From an uncultured delta proteobacterium (GTDB lineage Bacteria > Myxococcota_A > Polyangia > Fen-1088), in NCBI GenBank assembly GCA_963737265.1, contig CAVTRY010000023.1, positions 320,001 through 384,000 of the forward strand: a stretch of 64,000 bases of DNA. The letters run 5' to 3'. The notes under the pieces were generated by a model. The model saw only the letters and a program-made list of their open reading frames with translations, was not told where the DNA came from and searched no databases. A program made the position numbers and the translations under genes. Position 1 is the stretch's first letter. Each line of letters starts with the position of its first letter. Positions 26,533 to 37,744 of the stretch are shown piece after piece.

Positions 26533-28896
26533 CTATCGCGAGGCAGCCTGGGATTTGACTTCGGCCAAGCGGCGCTTAACGTCGCGAAAATTCCCATCCC
26601 GCTTGGAGACGCGCTCGAAATAATAAAGCGCCTCGCTGTGGTCGCCGAGGTTGTAGAAGACCGTTCCCAATTGGTAGTAAAGCTGCGTCGCTTCCGCGAC
26701 TGTCGCGGTGGGACGTTTCAGCGCGTCTTGATAGCAGCGAATGGCTTCCGCGGATTCGCCCAGCGCCTCGGAGCACTCGCCGATCATCGTCAGGGCAAAC
26801 ACCTCGCGCCGAGGATCTTCCATCACCGCCTTGAAGTGCGCGATGGCTGCTCCGTAGCGCTCCATCGTCTTTTCCATGATACCCAGATCCGCGTGCGTGT
26901 CGATGTCGTGCGCGGCCTCCCCGGGCGCGCCCCCACTTCCGGGAATCGCCTGTCTGCCGGTGCTCCGGGTCGACTCCGCCAGCTCGCCGTGGGCTTGAGC
27001 TGGCACGGCCCCCTGCGAGGAGGCCGACGACGCCCCGAGGACAGCCAGCTTCTCGCGCCGGTCGGCCACCAGGATGTGACCCGGTAACCTCGCGTCCAGG
27101 TCGTCGAGCATGGCCGAGGCTTCGTCCGTCAGCCCTTGCTCGATGAAGAAATCGACCTGCTCCAGATCGGCGAGAAAAGCATCGTCCGAGCCCGAGACCG
27201 CGCTCGATGATTCCGCGATTACATCCGGCGCAGGCGTGTCATGCACTTCCCCATCCGGGGCGACCGGAAGATCGCCCTGCGTTCTCTCGGGACCGACGTC
27301 AGGGACCGCACCGCTCTCGCTCCCGAACGCTTCGGCCTCGGGTATCTCGCCGAGCAATTCCACCTCGCCGCTACCGAGCATCTCGGGCTCGGGGGTTCCC
27401 ATGCCGAGGTCCATCGAGTCCGAACGCTCGGCACCGGCCTCGGACGTCCCCGGCAGCGCGCCTTCGACGATGCCGAGAACTTCCAAAGCCCGCCGCGCCG
27501 ACGGATTCAAGTCGATGGCTTTTCGCGCATACACCGCGGCAGTCCTGGGCTTGCTGGTGAGCACCTGCTGCGCCAGCACCTCGTACTCGGCGGCAGCCTC
27601 GGCTTTGCGGTCAAGCTGCACCAGAACCGCGGCCAGTCGTTCGTGTGCGCCCTGGTGGGTCGGCACGCGCTCGAACACGCGACGCAGGTGATCGGCCGCG
27701 CGCTCGACCAAACCATATTTCACGAACACATCGGCCTCGGCCAGGATGCGTTTGACCTCGGCGTCGTCGTCCTCCTTCTCCACCATGCCGGTGGCTATGC
27801 TGATCCGCTCGGACATGCTGGCCGGCAGAGGCTCGGCCGGCAACGTCACGTACTTGTTGCGTAACGCCGCTGGCACCTCCATCTCGCTGAACGTGATCGC
27901 AACCGAACGCTTGCCCAGGCTGGTCGTGGGCAGGGGCACGGGCGCCGGCGTGATCAGCCTAACCCCGGACCGCGGGTGCGGAGTCCTACCCGAACTGCCG
28001 TGAGGCCTGCCAAGCAGCTCCTGCATCTCGGCGTCGTTGGGATCCATGGCTAGAACGCGCTGGGCGGCCTGATTGCGCTCGCTAATGCGGCCGCTCTCGG
28101 TATACACGCGAGCCAGTTCTTTGAGAACCGGCAAGCTCTTGTGCGGCTGCCCGAGCTGGTCGAAGGTTCGCGCGAGAAGATCCAAAACCTCGGGATCGCG
28201 TTGGTTTGCCTCGAACACCGCTTTTAGCCGCCCAAGAGCGCCGCGCGCATTGTTGTGGTCGAGGTATTTCGCGGCCACTTCCTTGGCCATGGCGTGGTTG
28301 TCGGGTTCGTAGTGCAAAAGCCGTTCGGCGACACGCAGGAACTCCTCGCTGCGCCCCTGGGCCTTGAGCAACCGCGCAGCTTCACCGAACTCGGCGACAG
28401 CTTCCTGCACCGCCCCGGTCTGGGCCGCGAGCTCCGCGTAGCGAATATGGGGGCTCGGCTGATCGGGATTGAGCTCGATGATTTGCTTGATCGCGGCCAG
28501 CGCCGCATGCAGGCGGTTGGACTTCTGGTGCAGCACCGCCGCCTGCTCAAGCTGCTGCACGGCATCTGAAAGCAACCCAAGCTGGCGGAAAACATCGGCA
28601 AGCTTGATGCGGGCATCGACGAAGTCGGGCGACAGCTTGATGATGTTCTTGTAGACGGCGACGGCACGTTGAAAGAAACCCTGCTCCACGTAGAGGTCGA
28701 CCGTCTTCTGGTAGACCTCCGTGGCCTTCTCGGTCTGTCCGAGCCTTACATGCACCTCGGCCATACGAAGCCAGGTGCGCGTGTCCTTCGCGTCTTCCTT
28801 GACGGCTTGTTGGAATTCCGTCAGGGCTTTCTCGAAGCTTCCGCGCTCCAAAAACTTCTGTGCCGCTGCAAGGTACTTGTCTTTCTTGGTTACCAC
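26533..28896 (-). CDS. sgmX: SgmX-like TPR protein (type IV pilus activation/polarity)
   Basis: N-terminal TPRs, EADVFVKYGL and VDFFIEQGL motifs, C-terminal TPRs ending FRDV; position after accC as in Myxococcus. Confidence 0.75.
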   Translation of the reverse strand: MVTKKDKYLAAAQKFLERGSFEKALTEFQQAVKEDAKDTRTWLRMAEVHVRLGQTEKATEVYQKTVDLYVEQGFFQRAVAVYKNIIKLSPDFVDARIKLADVFRQLGLLSDAVQQLEQAAVLHQKSNRLHAALAAIKQIIELNPDQPSPHIRYAELAAQTGAVQEAVAEFGEAARLLKAQGRSEEFLRVAERLLHYEPDNHAMAKEVAAKYLDHNNARGALGRLKAVFEANQRDPEVLDLLARTFDQLGQPHKSLPVLKELARVYTESGRISERNQAAQRVLAMDPNDAEMQELLGRPHGSSGRTPHPRSGVRLITPAPVPLPTTSLGKRSVAITFSEMEVPAALRNKYVTLPAEPLPASMSERISIATGMVEKEDDDAEVKRILAEADVFVKYGLVERAADHLRRVFERVPTHQGAHERLAAVLVQLDRKAEAAAEYEVLAQQVLTSKPRTAAVYARKAIDLNPSARRALEVLGIVEGALPGTSEAGAERSDSMDLGMGTPEPEMLGSGEVELLGEIPEAEAFGSESGAVPDVGPERTQGDLPVAPDGEVHDTPAPDVIAESSSAVSGSDDAFLADLEQVDFFIEQGLTDEASAMLDDLDARLPGHILVADRREKLAVLGASSASSQGAVPAQAHGELAESTRSTGRQAIPGSGGAPGEAAHDIDTHADLGIMEKTMERYGAAIAHFKAVMEDPRREVFALTMIGECSEALGESAEAIRCYQDALKRPTATVAEATQLYYQLGTVFYNLGDHSEALYYFERVSKRDGNFRDVKRRLAEVKSQAASR

Positions 28897-29128
28897 CTGC
28901 TGAAGTCCGTATGCACAGTGTTACCAGGAACGTAACCCGTGTAAAGAAGCGTCCCGATATTCGCTTGCCATCGGGACTTCAGCAAGGAGCCTCTTGTCAA
29001 TCTCTTTGCCTCGACCGGCGACGCCACAACGCCGGCTATTGGCTAGGGACGAATGTCTAACGCACTCGAACGCCCAGCATCCAATCCTGACCGGTCGAAG
29101 GCGAGCCCCTTCCGTGCCGGCAGCTACG

Positions 29129-30451
29129 CTAGAGACGTTCGAGAAAATGGGTGTCGAATCGACCTCCAATAAAATCAGGGTGATTCAGAACCCTTCGGTG
29201 CAGATCGCAGTTGGTCTTGATGCCTTCGACCACGACCTCGTCCAAGGCTCGCCTCATGCGCGCCAACGCCACATGCCGGTTTTCTCCGTGCGCAATTAGC
29301 TTGGCGAGGAGCGAGTCGTAAAACGGAGGAACGCGGTAGTGCGCGTAAATATGCGTGTCGACGCGGATGCCGATGCCGCCGGGCAGGTTGAGCGCGGTGA
29401 TCGTCCCGGGCGAAGGCGCGAAGGTCACTGGATCCTCGGCGTTGATGCGCAGCTCGATGGCGTGGCCGCGTGGCCGCATTCCAGGGGGCAGGTGAAGCGG
29501 ATCGCCGGCCGCCAAACGCATCTGTTCGCGCACGAGATCGATGCCGAATACAGCCTCGGTCACCGTGTGCTCGACCTGGATACGGGTGTTCATTTCGATG
29601 AAGTAGAATTGCTTCTGCTCGTCGAGCAGGAACTCGAGCGTGCCGACGGTCTTGTAGCCGATGGCCTCGGTGGCTTTGCGCGCGGCCCGCAGAAGCTCGA
29701 CCCGACGAGCGTCATCGATCGCGACCGAGGGTGCCTCTTCGATGAGCTTCTGGTGCCGTCGCTGAATCGAGCATTCACGTTCCCCGATGGCGATGGCCGA
29801 CTGGCCGTCGCCCAGCACCTGGACCTCGATGTGGCGAGGTCGCCCGATGTAGCGCTCAACATACACAGCCGGGTTGTTAAAGCCCGCCTGGGCCTCGCTG
29901 CGCGCAGCCGCCAACTGCGCAAACAGCCTGCTCTTGTCCTCGACGATCTTCATGCCGCGCCCGCCGCCACCGCCGGTCGCCTTGATGATCACGGGAAAGC
30001 CGATGCGCTCGACCGCCTCTTCGGCCTGGGCGTCGGTTTCGATGATGGGACTGCCGGGAACCACCGGAACGCCGGCCGCTTCCATGGCACGCCGGGCGGA
30101 CACCTTGTCCCCCATCGTGCGCATGACCTCGGGCTGGGGGCCGATCCAGTGCAAGCCGCACTTCTGCACAACCTCGGCGAATTCGGCGTTCTCGGCTAGA
30201 AAACCATAACCGGGGTGGATGGCGTCGGCGCCCGTGACCTCGGCCGCACTGATGAGGGCGGGAATGTTGTTGTAACTCTGCCGCGCCGGCGGCGGTCCGA
30301 TGCAGACCTTTTCGTCGGCGAATCGAACGTGCAAGGAATCCGCATCCGCGGTGGAATGAACCGCCACGGAGCGCAGACCGAGATCCCGACAGGCGCGGAT
30401 CACTCGCAGGGCGATCTCGCCCCGATTCGCTATGAGAACCTTTTTGAACAC
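29129..30451 (-). CDS. accC: Acetyl-CoA carboxylase biotin carboxylase
   Basis: [48 protein letters not shown]. Confidence 0.97.
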   Translation of the reverse strand: MFKKVLIANRGEIALRVIRACRDLGLRSVAVHSTADADSLHVRFADEKVCIGPPPARQSYNNIPALISAAEVTGADAIHPGYGFLAENAEFAEVVQKCGLHWIGPQPEVMRTMGDKVSARRAMEAAGVPVVPGSPIIETDAQAEEAVERIGFPVIIKATGGGGGRGMKIVEDKSRLFAQLAAARSEAQAGFNNPAVYVERYIGRPRHIEVQVLGDGQSAIAIGERECSIQRRHQKLIEEAPSVAIDDARRVELLRAARKATEAIGYKTVGTLEFLLDEQKQFYFIEMNTRIQVEHTVTEAVFGIDLVREQMRLAAGDPLHLPPGMRPRGHAIELRINAEDPVTFAPSPGTITALNLPGGIGIRVDTHIYAHYRVPPFYDSLLAKLIAHGENRHVALARMRRALDEVVVEGIKTNCDLHRRVLNHPDFIGGRFDTHFLERL

Positions 30452-30568
30452 GCGTACACCGTCCGTGAGCTTCTATTGCGGCAGTCGCGGAGCCGGCGGC
30501 GGGCAGAGGAAGACTCCTCGACTGCCGCCTTGTTGCATCCGGTACTCCACAACGTCAGCGATGAATCC

Positions 30569-31093
30569 CTACGCCTTTTCGATGCGAAACAGGGGCTGGC
30601 CGTACTCGACGTGCTCCGCATTCTTGACCAGGATTTCAAGAATCTTCCCGTCGAATTCCGACTCGATCTCATTCATGAGCTTCATCGCCTCGACGATGCA
30701 GACCACCTGTCCCTTGCGTACCGCCTGTCCGACCTCCGCAAACGGCGGCGCCTCGGGCGACGGCGCGCGATAAAACGTACCGACGAAGGGCGAGGTCAAC
30801 ACCGCCCCAATCTCGACCGCCTTCGTGGCCTTGTCGGGCGCGGCAACCGAGTGAACCACGGATGGAGGCGGCAGCGGCGCCGAGACGGTCACGGGCGCAC
30901 CGGCCGCACGACGAACGATGCGGGCGCCGCCGCAGGCATCCACCTCGATCTCGGCCAGATCGAACTCGGTGGCGATCTCAGCCAGCTCGCGCAGTTTGTC
31001 GAGATCGACAGGTTGGCAGTTACACGCGATGTCCTCGCGGGGCACCGAAGACGTTTTCTTGGCACCGGCGACGGGGGCCTTGCGTTTGCTCAT
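30569..31093 (-). CDS. accB: Biotin carboxyl carrier protein
   Basis: [17 protein letters not shown]. Confidence 0.96.
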   Translation of the reverse strand: MSKRKAPVAGAKKTSSVPREDIACNCQPVDLDKLRELAEIATEFDLAEIEVDACGGARIVRRAAGAPVTVSAPLPPPSVVHSVAAPDKATKAVEIGAVLTSPFVGTFYRAPSPEAPPFAEVGQAVRKGQVVCIVEAMKLMNEIESEFDGKILEILVKNAEHVEYGQPLFRIEKA

Positions 31094-31656
31094 TTTTTCG
31101 CGGCTCCTTTCTTAGACGAAGTCGCGACACGCGACTTGAAATGGAACGAATCGGATAAACCCGACGAGACGCCGTCGCCTGGTCGCTGCCCAAGCACCAG
31201 CCTGGCCAGTGCATCGAGCGCCAGACGGTAACCTATCGCACCCAGACCTGCAATCTGCCCGAGACAGATCGGCGCAAGCAACGAGCGGTGGCGGAAGTCT
31301 TCGCGCGTGTAGAGATTCGACAGGTGCACTTCTACCGTGGGAATCTTGACGGCGGCGATCGCGTCGCGCAATGAGACGCTGGTGTGGGTCAGGCCGCCCG
31401 CATTGACGATGAGCCCTGCCGCGTTACCGCTTGCCTGTTGAACGCGATCGATGAGAGCGCCCTCGTGATTGGACTGAAAGGTTTCGACCGCGACGCCGAG
31501 ATCCTGCCCGTGGGTTGTGAGATCGGCGTCGATTTCGCCGAGGCTGGTGCGGCCATAGATGTGCGGCTCGCGCGACCCGAGCAGATTCAGGTTGGGTCCG
31601 TGGATGACCACGATCACCGGCCGCGACGCCGTCCTTGCGCGCTTTTCCTCGGTCAC
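31090..31656 (-). CDS. aroQ: Type II 3-dehydroquinate dehydratase
   Basis: [29 protein letters not shown]. Confidence 0.96.
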   Translation of the reverse strand: MTEEKRARTASRPVIVVIHGPNLNLLGSREPHIYGRTSLGEIDADLTTHGQDLGVAVETFQSNHEGALIDRVQQASGNAAGLIVNAGGLTHTSVSLRDAIAAVKIPTVEVHLSNLYTREDFRHRSLLAPICLGQIAGLGAIGYRLALDALARLVLGQRPGDGVSSGLSDSFHFKSRVATSSKKGAAKK

Positions 31657-32024
31657 AATTCGGCCCGGATCTGCGGCGCCAGCAGTCGCATCAAGTAGCG
31701 GGCCTTGCCGAAATTTGACTCGGGTTTGAGCGCGCAGGCAATGAAATACTCGTCGTTGAGGAGGAACACCAAGACAACCAGCTTGTCGGCCTTGAGGGTT
31801 AGCTCGTGAAGTTGCCCGACATCGAGCTGCGCGGCCGCCTTCCGCACTTGCCCGACAGCGTGGGCTAGCTCCATTCCCGCGGTCTGGATGTCGAAGCCGT
31901 CTTGGCCTTCGTCGTCGCCTGCCTTGGTATAGGAATCGACCGAGATTCCGTCGAAGCCCATCAGAATGCCCGCCACCCCTCCGGCCAGGCGATCCACCAT
32001 GTGCTGAAGACTCTCGCGGAACAT
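31653..32024 (-). CDS. mglC: Roadblock/LC7 protein, MglC-like polarity regulator
   Basis: MGFDGISVD motif, 123 aa, position between the pilQ region and aroQ. Confidence 0.8.
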   Translation of the reverse strand: MFRESLQHMVDRLAGGVAGILMGFDGISVDSYTKAGDDEGQDGFDIQTAGMELAHAVGQVRKAAAQLDVGQLHELTLKADKLVVLVFLLNDEYFIACALKPESNFGKARYLMRLLAPQIRAEL

Positions 32025-32094
32025 CGTTGTACTTCCGCTTCTAGTCGTACTGCCAAACGGGTGTCAATAGCACCGCTGCCCGGGCTGCCCAGGC

Positions 32095-32991
32095 CTAGGG
32101 ACCTGCCGTCGAGGTGTTGGTCGTCGCCGTGCTGGTCGAGCCCGTCGGGGTCGCGGGACAAACGCCCACCGCCCTGCCGCTCGCGTTGGTGATGCCACAA
32201 CACAAAATCTCGTTGTCTTGGCCGGGGTCGACACAATGAGCCGGATCGCCAGGATAGGGATTGGTGCCGGTGAGCGCCGCACAAGCTGGATAGCCGGCGG
32301 GGTATCGGTACTGGACCACCGAAGGATCGGTATACTCGCTTTGAAGACACCCCGTGCACACGTCGACCGTGTACACGAACGATGCGCTGTCAATGTCGGT
32401 CCCCCCATGGCGCCCATCCGCCAGAATCGTCGCGGTGACCAACTTGTGTCTTGGCGCCGAGTCCGTCGGTTGCGGATTCAGCGCCAGCAAAAGGCACTGG
32501 GCGTGACTAGGCTGGATGATTTGGACGCCATGCGGTACGAACCCTTGCGGAGCAATGACAGCCGTAAACGGGATCGAGTTGAACTGGGATGGACAAGAAT
32601 CACCCCAAGTCATGTCTGGTGCCGACAGCTTTACGGTGAACCCCTTGAGCGTGATGTTGTTCATCTCGGTGGCCTTGCTTCCACCTACGGAATCCAGATT
32701 GTTGGCGATCAACAGCGGTAGAACGTATGCTGGATACGACTGATCGGGCAAATACACGTCGAGGGTCCCCGTGTAGTGGGTCGCCGTCGTTGGAGTTCCC
32801 GGAATGGTGCAGTCCGCGGCCAGCTCCTGCACCTGCACAATCTGCAATGCATTGTTGGCGTCGGTCGCGAGAAAGCGGCCGCACGCGAGGAGGCCAAGCA
32901 GCGCAGCCGAGTAAATCACACCCCGGCGAACCCATTTTCCGCGCGGGTTGCCCAAGTTCATTGCGGCTTCCTCATTCGGTGTTTGCATCAT
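32095..32991 (-). CDS. Cys-containing lipoprotein downstream of pilQ
   Basis: Lipobox-like LLAC, C-terminal CTGC...C...C..PGQD..CC. Confidence 0.7.
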   Translation of the reverse strand: MMQTPNEEAAMNLGNPRGKWVRRGVIYSAALLGLLACGRFLATDANNALQIVQVQELAADCTIPGTPTTATHYTGTLDVYLPDQSYPAYVLPLLIANNLDSVGGSKATEMNNITLKGFTVKLSAPDMTWGDSCPSQFNSIPFTAVIAPQGFVPHGVQIIQPSHAQCLLLALNPQPTDSAPRHKLVTATILADGRHGGTDIDSASFVYTVDVCTGCLQSEYTDPSVVQYRYPAGYPACAALTGTNPYPGDPAHCVDPGQDNEILCCGITNASGRAVGVCPATPTGSTSTATTNTSTAGP

Positions 32992-33011
32992 GGTGGCACC
33001 TACCCAGAAGT

Positions 33012-36000
33012 TTACTGCCCGAGCGCGCGCGAGCGATTCACGATTCGCGGCGTGATGAAGACGAGGAATTCGGAACGGGTGTCACCCTCTTTCCGACTAC
33101 GGAAGAACCAGCCGACAACCGGGATGTCGGAAAGGTATGGAACCTTGGTGTAGCTGAGGCTCGTGTTGCGCGTGTAGATGCCGCCGAGGACCGCGGTGTC
33201 GCCGTCGCGCACCAGCATGGTCGTCTTGGTTTCTTTCTTGTCGATGGCCGGTGTGCCGTTTGCGCTTAGCTGGGAAAAGTCGGGGGCGTTGTTGGTCACC
33301 GCGATGGTCATGGCGATGGTGCCCTCGTTGGTGACATGCGGTTTAACGGAAAGCGACAACTGCGCATCCACGAACTGCGTCTGCGCGCCCATGGCGCTGA
33401 CCACGGAAACCGGAATCGACACACCTTGCAAGATGCGAGCTTCAAGGTTGTCCATGGTAGTAACGCGCGGTGAAGAGAGAACGCGAATCTGTCCGGTGTT
33501 CTCCATCGCGGAAAGCCTCAAGTTGAGGTTGAACGCGCCAGCGACCGACCCCAAGGTGAGACCGATGGCGGAACCCGTGCCGAGGCCAGCCGCGGCCGGC
33601 ATATTGACCAGGAAGTTTGGGCTGCCGGCTGCGACGGCTCCGGTCCCGGTGCGCGGACCGGGCACAAGACCGCTCAAGGGCGACGCCGGGTCGTCGGCCC
33701 CACCGCCAATGCCCACGTTGTAGGGGAAGACCAGGCCAGTGGGATTTCCGTGCGCCGTGTCCGCGAAGCCAGAACCACCCCACTGAACACCTATCTGCCG
33801 CGTGAAATTCGAGTCCGCCTCGACGATCCTCGCCTCGATCACCACCTGCGAAGTTTGGGTGTCCAGGTTGCGTACGAGATCCTCGATGAGTTGAAGGTTC
33901 TTGGACACGTCCGACACGATGAGGGTGTTGGTGCGCGTGTCCACCGACAACTTCCCGCGCGGGGACAGAATGTCGCGGGCCTTGTCCTGCAAGTGGGTTG
34001 CATCGGCATAGGAGACGCCGATGAGCCGCGTTTCGGTGGGCAGCACATCCGCGATCTGCTTCTGGCGCGCGATCTCTGCTTCGAGCTCTTTTTCGAGGAA
34101 CGAGAGCGGCGCCACGCGCAGCAGATTGCCTTCGCGTACCGAGCCAAGGCCCTTCGAGCGCAAAACAACATCGAGGGCCTGATCCCACGGCACGTCGCGC
34201 ATCTTGATGGTGACGTCGCCTTTCACGTCGTCAGCGACGACGATGTTGACCTGGCCGACGTCTGCCAGCAGGCGAAGAATGTTGTGAATGTCAGCGCCCT
34301 TGAAGTCGAGATCGATACGCCGACCGGTGTAGCGCTTCTTGCCGAGGGTCCCGTAGCGACCGCCCGGGCCCGCGCCTGGACGAGCGTCTTGCGCCCCGGC
34401 GGTGCCAGCTGCGGGCGCCGCGGGCGCATCCACGGTGAGCGGAGACGTTTGTTCGGGCGGGATCTCGAGCGGCACCCGGCCGGCCCCTTGCCTGGGGGTG
34501 TCCAGGAAGGGTGGCAGCGCCTGCGCCTGCCAAAGTGCATCCGTCACCGTGACGATGAACCCGGCTACCTTGCGCGCGGGAACGAACATCGCCGCTGGCG
34601 CCGGAACCCAAATCGCCGGCAGGCTGGGTGCCTTGGCCGGCGATTTTTCGAAATCCCAAAAAATGCGATTGCCGTCCTGACGAATACGATTCGGCACATC
34701 CTCGGCCAGATCCACATCGACGCGCACCGTGCTGCGCGCGCCCGGCTCCCGGTACGAGCTGATGATCTTGACCGGTCCCAGGTACTCGGTTGCATCGAGG
34801 TTGCGCTCGAGTCCGTCCGCCAAGTCGCTGTGGTCGATGCGCAAGCTCAAGCGACGACTGGCCAGACGCTCCACCGCGAATGTGGCGCCATCCTCGACAT
34901 CGATAATGACCGAAGACCGGCTGGGTTCGTCGACGAAGTCGATGCCGCGAACATGGCTAAGCGCGCGCAAGGTTATCGAGCGCGGCCTGTCGGAGACGCC
35001 GCTTGCGGGTTGAGATTGGGTCGCGCCAGCGAGCGGCGCTGGCTTGGCGGGGCCTGCGGGCCTGGCAGCCGGTGCGACCGCGACCGGCGTGGGCTTGGCT
35101 GCGGTTGCGACCGCGACCGGTGCGGGCTTGGTGACCGGCGCCGCCGCAACGGGCGCGGCATTCGCGCTGCCAGCCGTGATCCGCGAGCACGCTTCCTCGA
35201 CCTTCGCCGAACGCGCCGCCACGGCTTGCGTCGCTGCGACCGCGTCTTTTAGACGCCCAACCTCGGCAAGCAAGGCATTGCGCGCAAGCTCAAGCTGCAT
35301 GCGCTCGCCTTCCAACTTCGTGCGTTCCCCATCGAGGCGCGTCCGCTCGGCGCGCGCCTCGGCTAGGCGAGACTCCTCGTCCTTGCGCAGGGCGACCGCT
35401 TTATCGAACTTGCCTTCTTCGAAATGGCGCTGCCGTGCCTGCTCATCCTTGCGCTCTTCTTCCTGCTTGCGCGCCGAGACGGCCATGGCTAGATCCAGCC
35501 GAGACCGCTCGGCAGCATAGACCGCTTCCTTGCGCTGGCGCTCGGCCTCGGCCACAGCAGCCGCTGCTTGTGCCTTGCTTTGCGAGGACGCATCCCGCGC
35601 CAAGCCGTCGCGTCGGCCCCGGGCCGCCCGCGCCTCGTCGTCGCGTTTCACCAACTTTGCCTCGGTCTCGCGCGCGACCGCCTCGCGCTTGGCCACCACC
35701 CGCTCCGCGTCCGCCAGTCTCCTCCCCTGCTCCTCCTGGAGCCTACTGATTCGGTCGAGAGCCTTCTGACGGGCTTGCACCTCCTCGGCGGCAACTCGGC
35801 GAGACTTGTCATGATCTGCCTCGTGCTGCCGGGCTGCGGACACTTCGCGCTCCGCGGTCTCGGCCCGCTGGCTGGCACGCTCGGCCTCGCCCTGCGTGCG
35901 CTTGACGAGATCCTCCGCCCGGAGCAAGGCGAGCTTGTTGCGATGGCTTTCCTCGGCCGCAGCGCTCGCCATGGCCCGCGCCGTCTCGGTCTCTTGATGA

Positions 36001-37046
36001 GCTTCGGCCAATTCTCGGCGCAATCCCTCGGATTCTGTCTTCGCTCGCGCCTCGGCACGCGCATGCTCTCCGGCTAGAGCCTGCGCGGCGATGCGCGCCT
36101 GCTTCTCCGATTTGGCGCTGGCCTCGGCTTTCGCCTGGGCCTCCGCGTGCGCCTCGGCCTCGACCTTGGCTTGGCTGGCAATCTTGGTTTCTGCTTCGGC
36201 GTGCGCCTGCAGTTCTTTGCGCGCCTGTTCCTCGGTCTTCGCCCGCGCCTGCGCTTCCGCCTTCACTTGCGCCTTCACCTGCGCCTCGGCCTTCGCGCGC
36301 GCATCCGCCTCGACCTTCGCCTGCGCCTCGGCCTTCACCCGCGCTTGCGCCTCGACCTTCGCCTGCACCTCGGCCTTCGCCCGCGCTTGCGCCTCGACCT
36401 TCGCCTGCGCTTCCGCTTTCGACCGCGCCTCCGCTTCGGCTTTCACCTGCGCCTCTGCCTTCGCGCGGGCCTGCGCCTCGGCTTTCGTTTGTGCTTGCGC
36501 TTCGACTTCCGCCTGCGTAAGGGCGCGTTCCTTCGCCTTGGCTTCGTCGCGCGCCAGGGCCTCCGCTTTGGCTCTGGCTGCCGCCAGGGTCCGCGCTTCC
36601 GCGACGTTCTCGGCCGCGACCGGCGGGTGCACGCGCGGAATCACGCGCAGAGTAATGTCGTTGCCCTTAGCCTCGACTCGGTAGTCAGACGCCTGCCGCA
36701 AGGTGAGCACGATGCGCGTGCGTGGCCCGGCGCCGTCGTCTTCCGTAACACTGGCCGTAACCAGCCCGACGGCGTAGGTCCCCGCGTCGAGCGGAACGTC
36801 TACATCGCCGAGACGCGCGCCGCTGAGCTCCACCACCACGCGCGCGGGCTGCTCCAGCTTCCACGTCGTGAAGGTGGGCCGTGCTGACGCGGCGACGACG
36901 ACAGCGGTGTCACCACCTGATTCCGAAACGCGAATGGCCCGAATACGAGTCGCATCGGCACGCGCAGGCATGGACCAAGCCGCGGCGATCGCGACAGCAA
37001 ACGCGGCAGCAGCCAAGAACTTGCGTGGTTCTTTATGACAGGTCAT
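33012..37046 (-). CDS. pilQ: Type IV pilus secretin with AMIN domains and a long helical insert
   Basis: Signal peptide, AMIN-like domains, YTGRRIDLDF, VPWDQALD, QVVIEARIVE, KVPYLSDIP..G.FF, VFITPRIV. Confidence 0.95.
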   Translation of the reverse strand: MTCHKEPRKFLAAAAFAVAIAAAWSMPARADATRIRAIRVSESGGDTAVVVAASARPTFTTWKLEQPARVVVELSGARLGDVDVPLDAGTYAVGLVTASVTEDDGAGPRTRIVLTLRQASDYRVEAKGNDITLRVIPRVHPPVAAENVAEARTLAAARAKAEALARDEAKAKERALTQAEVEAQAQTKAEAQARAKAEAQVKAEAEARSKAEAQAKVEAQARAKAEVQAKVEAQARVKAEAQAKVEADARAKAEAQVKAQVKAEAQARAKTEEQARKELQAHAEAETKIASQAKVEAEAHAEAQAKAEASAKSEKQARIAAQALAGEHARAEARAKTESEGLRRELAEAHQETETARAMASAAAEESHRNKLALLRAEDLVKRTQGEAERASQRAETAEREVSAARQHEADHDKSRRVAAEEVQARQKALDRISRLQEEQGRRLADAERVVAKREAVARETEAKLVKRDDEARAARGRRDGLARDASSQSKAQAAAAVAEAERQRKEAVYAAERSRLDLAMAVSARKQEEERKDEQARQRHFEEGKFDKAVALRKDEESRLAEARAERTRLDGERTKLEGERMQLELARNALLAEVGRLKDAVAATQAVAARSAKVEEACSRITAGSANAAPVAAAPVTKPAPVAVATAAKPTPVAVAPAARPAGPAKPAPLAGATQSQPASGVSDRPRSITLRALSHVRGIDFVDEPSRSSVIIDVEDGATFAVERLASRRLSLRIDHSDLADGLERNLDATEYLGPVKIISSYREPGARSTVRVDVDLAEDVPNRIRQDGNRIFWDFEKSPAKAPSLPAIWVPAPAAMFVPARKVAGFIVTVTDALWQAQALPPFLDTPRQGAGRVPLEIPPEQTSPLTVDAPAAPAAGTAGAQDARPGAGPGGRYGTLGKKRYTGRRIDLDFKGADIHNILRLLADVGQVNIVVADDVKGDVTIKMRDVPWDQALDVVLRSKGLGSVREGNLLRVAPLSFLEKELEAEIARQKQIADVLPTETRLIGVSYADATHLQDKARDILSPRGKLSVDTRTNTLIVSDVSKNLQLIEDLVRNLDTQTSQVVIEARIVEADSNFTRQIGVQWGGSGFADTAHGNPTGLVFPYNVGIGGGADDPASPLSGLVPGPRTGTGAVAAGSPNFLVNMPAAAGLGTGSAIGLTLGSVAGAFNLNLRLSAMENTGQIRVLSSPRVTTMDNLEARILQGVSIPVSVVSAMGAQTQFVDAQLSLSVKPHVTNEGTIAMTIAVTNNAPDFSQLSANGTPAIDKKETKTTMLVRDGDTAVLGGIYTRNTSLSYTKVPYLSDIPVVGWFFRSRKEGDTRSEFLVFITPRIVNRSRALGQ

Positions 37047-37744
37047 TGATCAGTTCCTTCTGGATTGACCAGGACGGCTCTTTCCAAAGCCTTGGTTTCT
37101 CCGCCCGGTGTCATCTCCGACATCTCCAGCACGACGCGGTCGGAAAGAATCTTGGTGATTCGCGCGGCCGATTTCGAGATATAGTCGCCGCGTTTTACGG
37201 TCTGTCCGAGGCCTGTCGGATCACGAAACATGGCGCGTGGGTTCGCGTCGCCAGAGATGACTGCAATCAGCGTCAGCTCTTCCAAAGCGTACTTGGCGCA
37301 AATCGCCGAAATCACGCTGGTGCTTACCTTCGGGCCTCGTTCAATCCAGGTGTCGAGATACGATCGAAACGGGTCGCGGTTCGTGTCTTCGGTCTCGGCG
37401 AAGTCCTCCTCGCGAAGGACCTTCCGCCGCAAGACCGCCAGCCGCTGGGCAAGAGCGTCCGCGCCCGTCGGCGCCGCGGTTGGGGCGGTCGCGGGTGGCG
37501 TGGCCGTGGGCGGCGTGGCCGTGGGCGGCGTGGCCGTGGGCGGCGTGGCCGTGGGCGGCGCTGTCGCCACCATTCCGGCCGAGTTGCCTCCCGGTGCAGT
37601 CGCCGGCTTTGCTCCGGGCGCCGATGTCCCTGCGGGCTTGGCAAGCACCGGCGCCGCCGGCTGGTCCGCCGCCAACACGCGTGCAGTCCAATCCGTCCCA
37701 ACCAGCAAGAGCGCAGCGATCCCTGCCAACACCACCCTTCTCAT
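37043..37744 (-). CDS. pilP: Type IV pilus assembly protein PilP
   Basis: RDPF motif, beta domain (LIAVISG..PRAM..DP.G), operon position. Confidence 0.85.
   Translation of the reverse strand: MRRVVLAGIAALLLVGTDWTARVLAADQPAAPVLAKPAGTSAPGAKPATAPGGNSAGMVATAPPTATPPTATPPTATPPTATPPATAPTAAPTGADALAQRLAVLRRKVLREEDFAETEDTNRDPFRSYLDTWIERGPKVSTSVISAICAKYALEELTLIAVISGDANPRAMFRDPTGLGQTVKRGDYISKSAARITKILSDRVVLEMSEMTPGGETKALERAVLVNPEGTDQ
37500..37559. repeat. 15-bp tandem repeat x4 encoding (PPTAT)n in PilP
   Basis: GTGGCCGTGGGCGGC four times perfectly. Confidence 0.9.
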
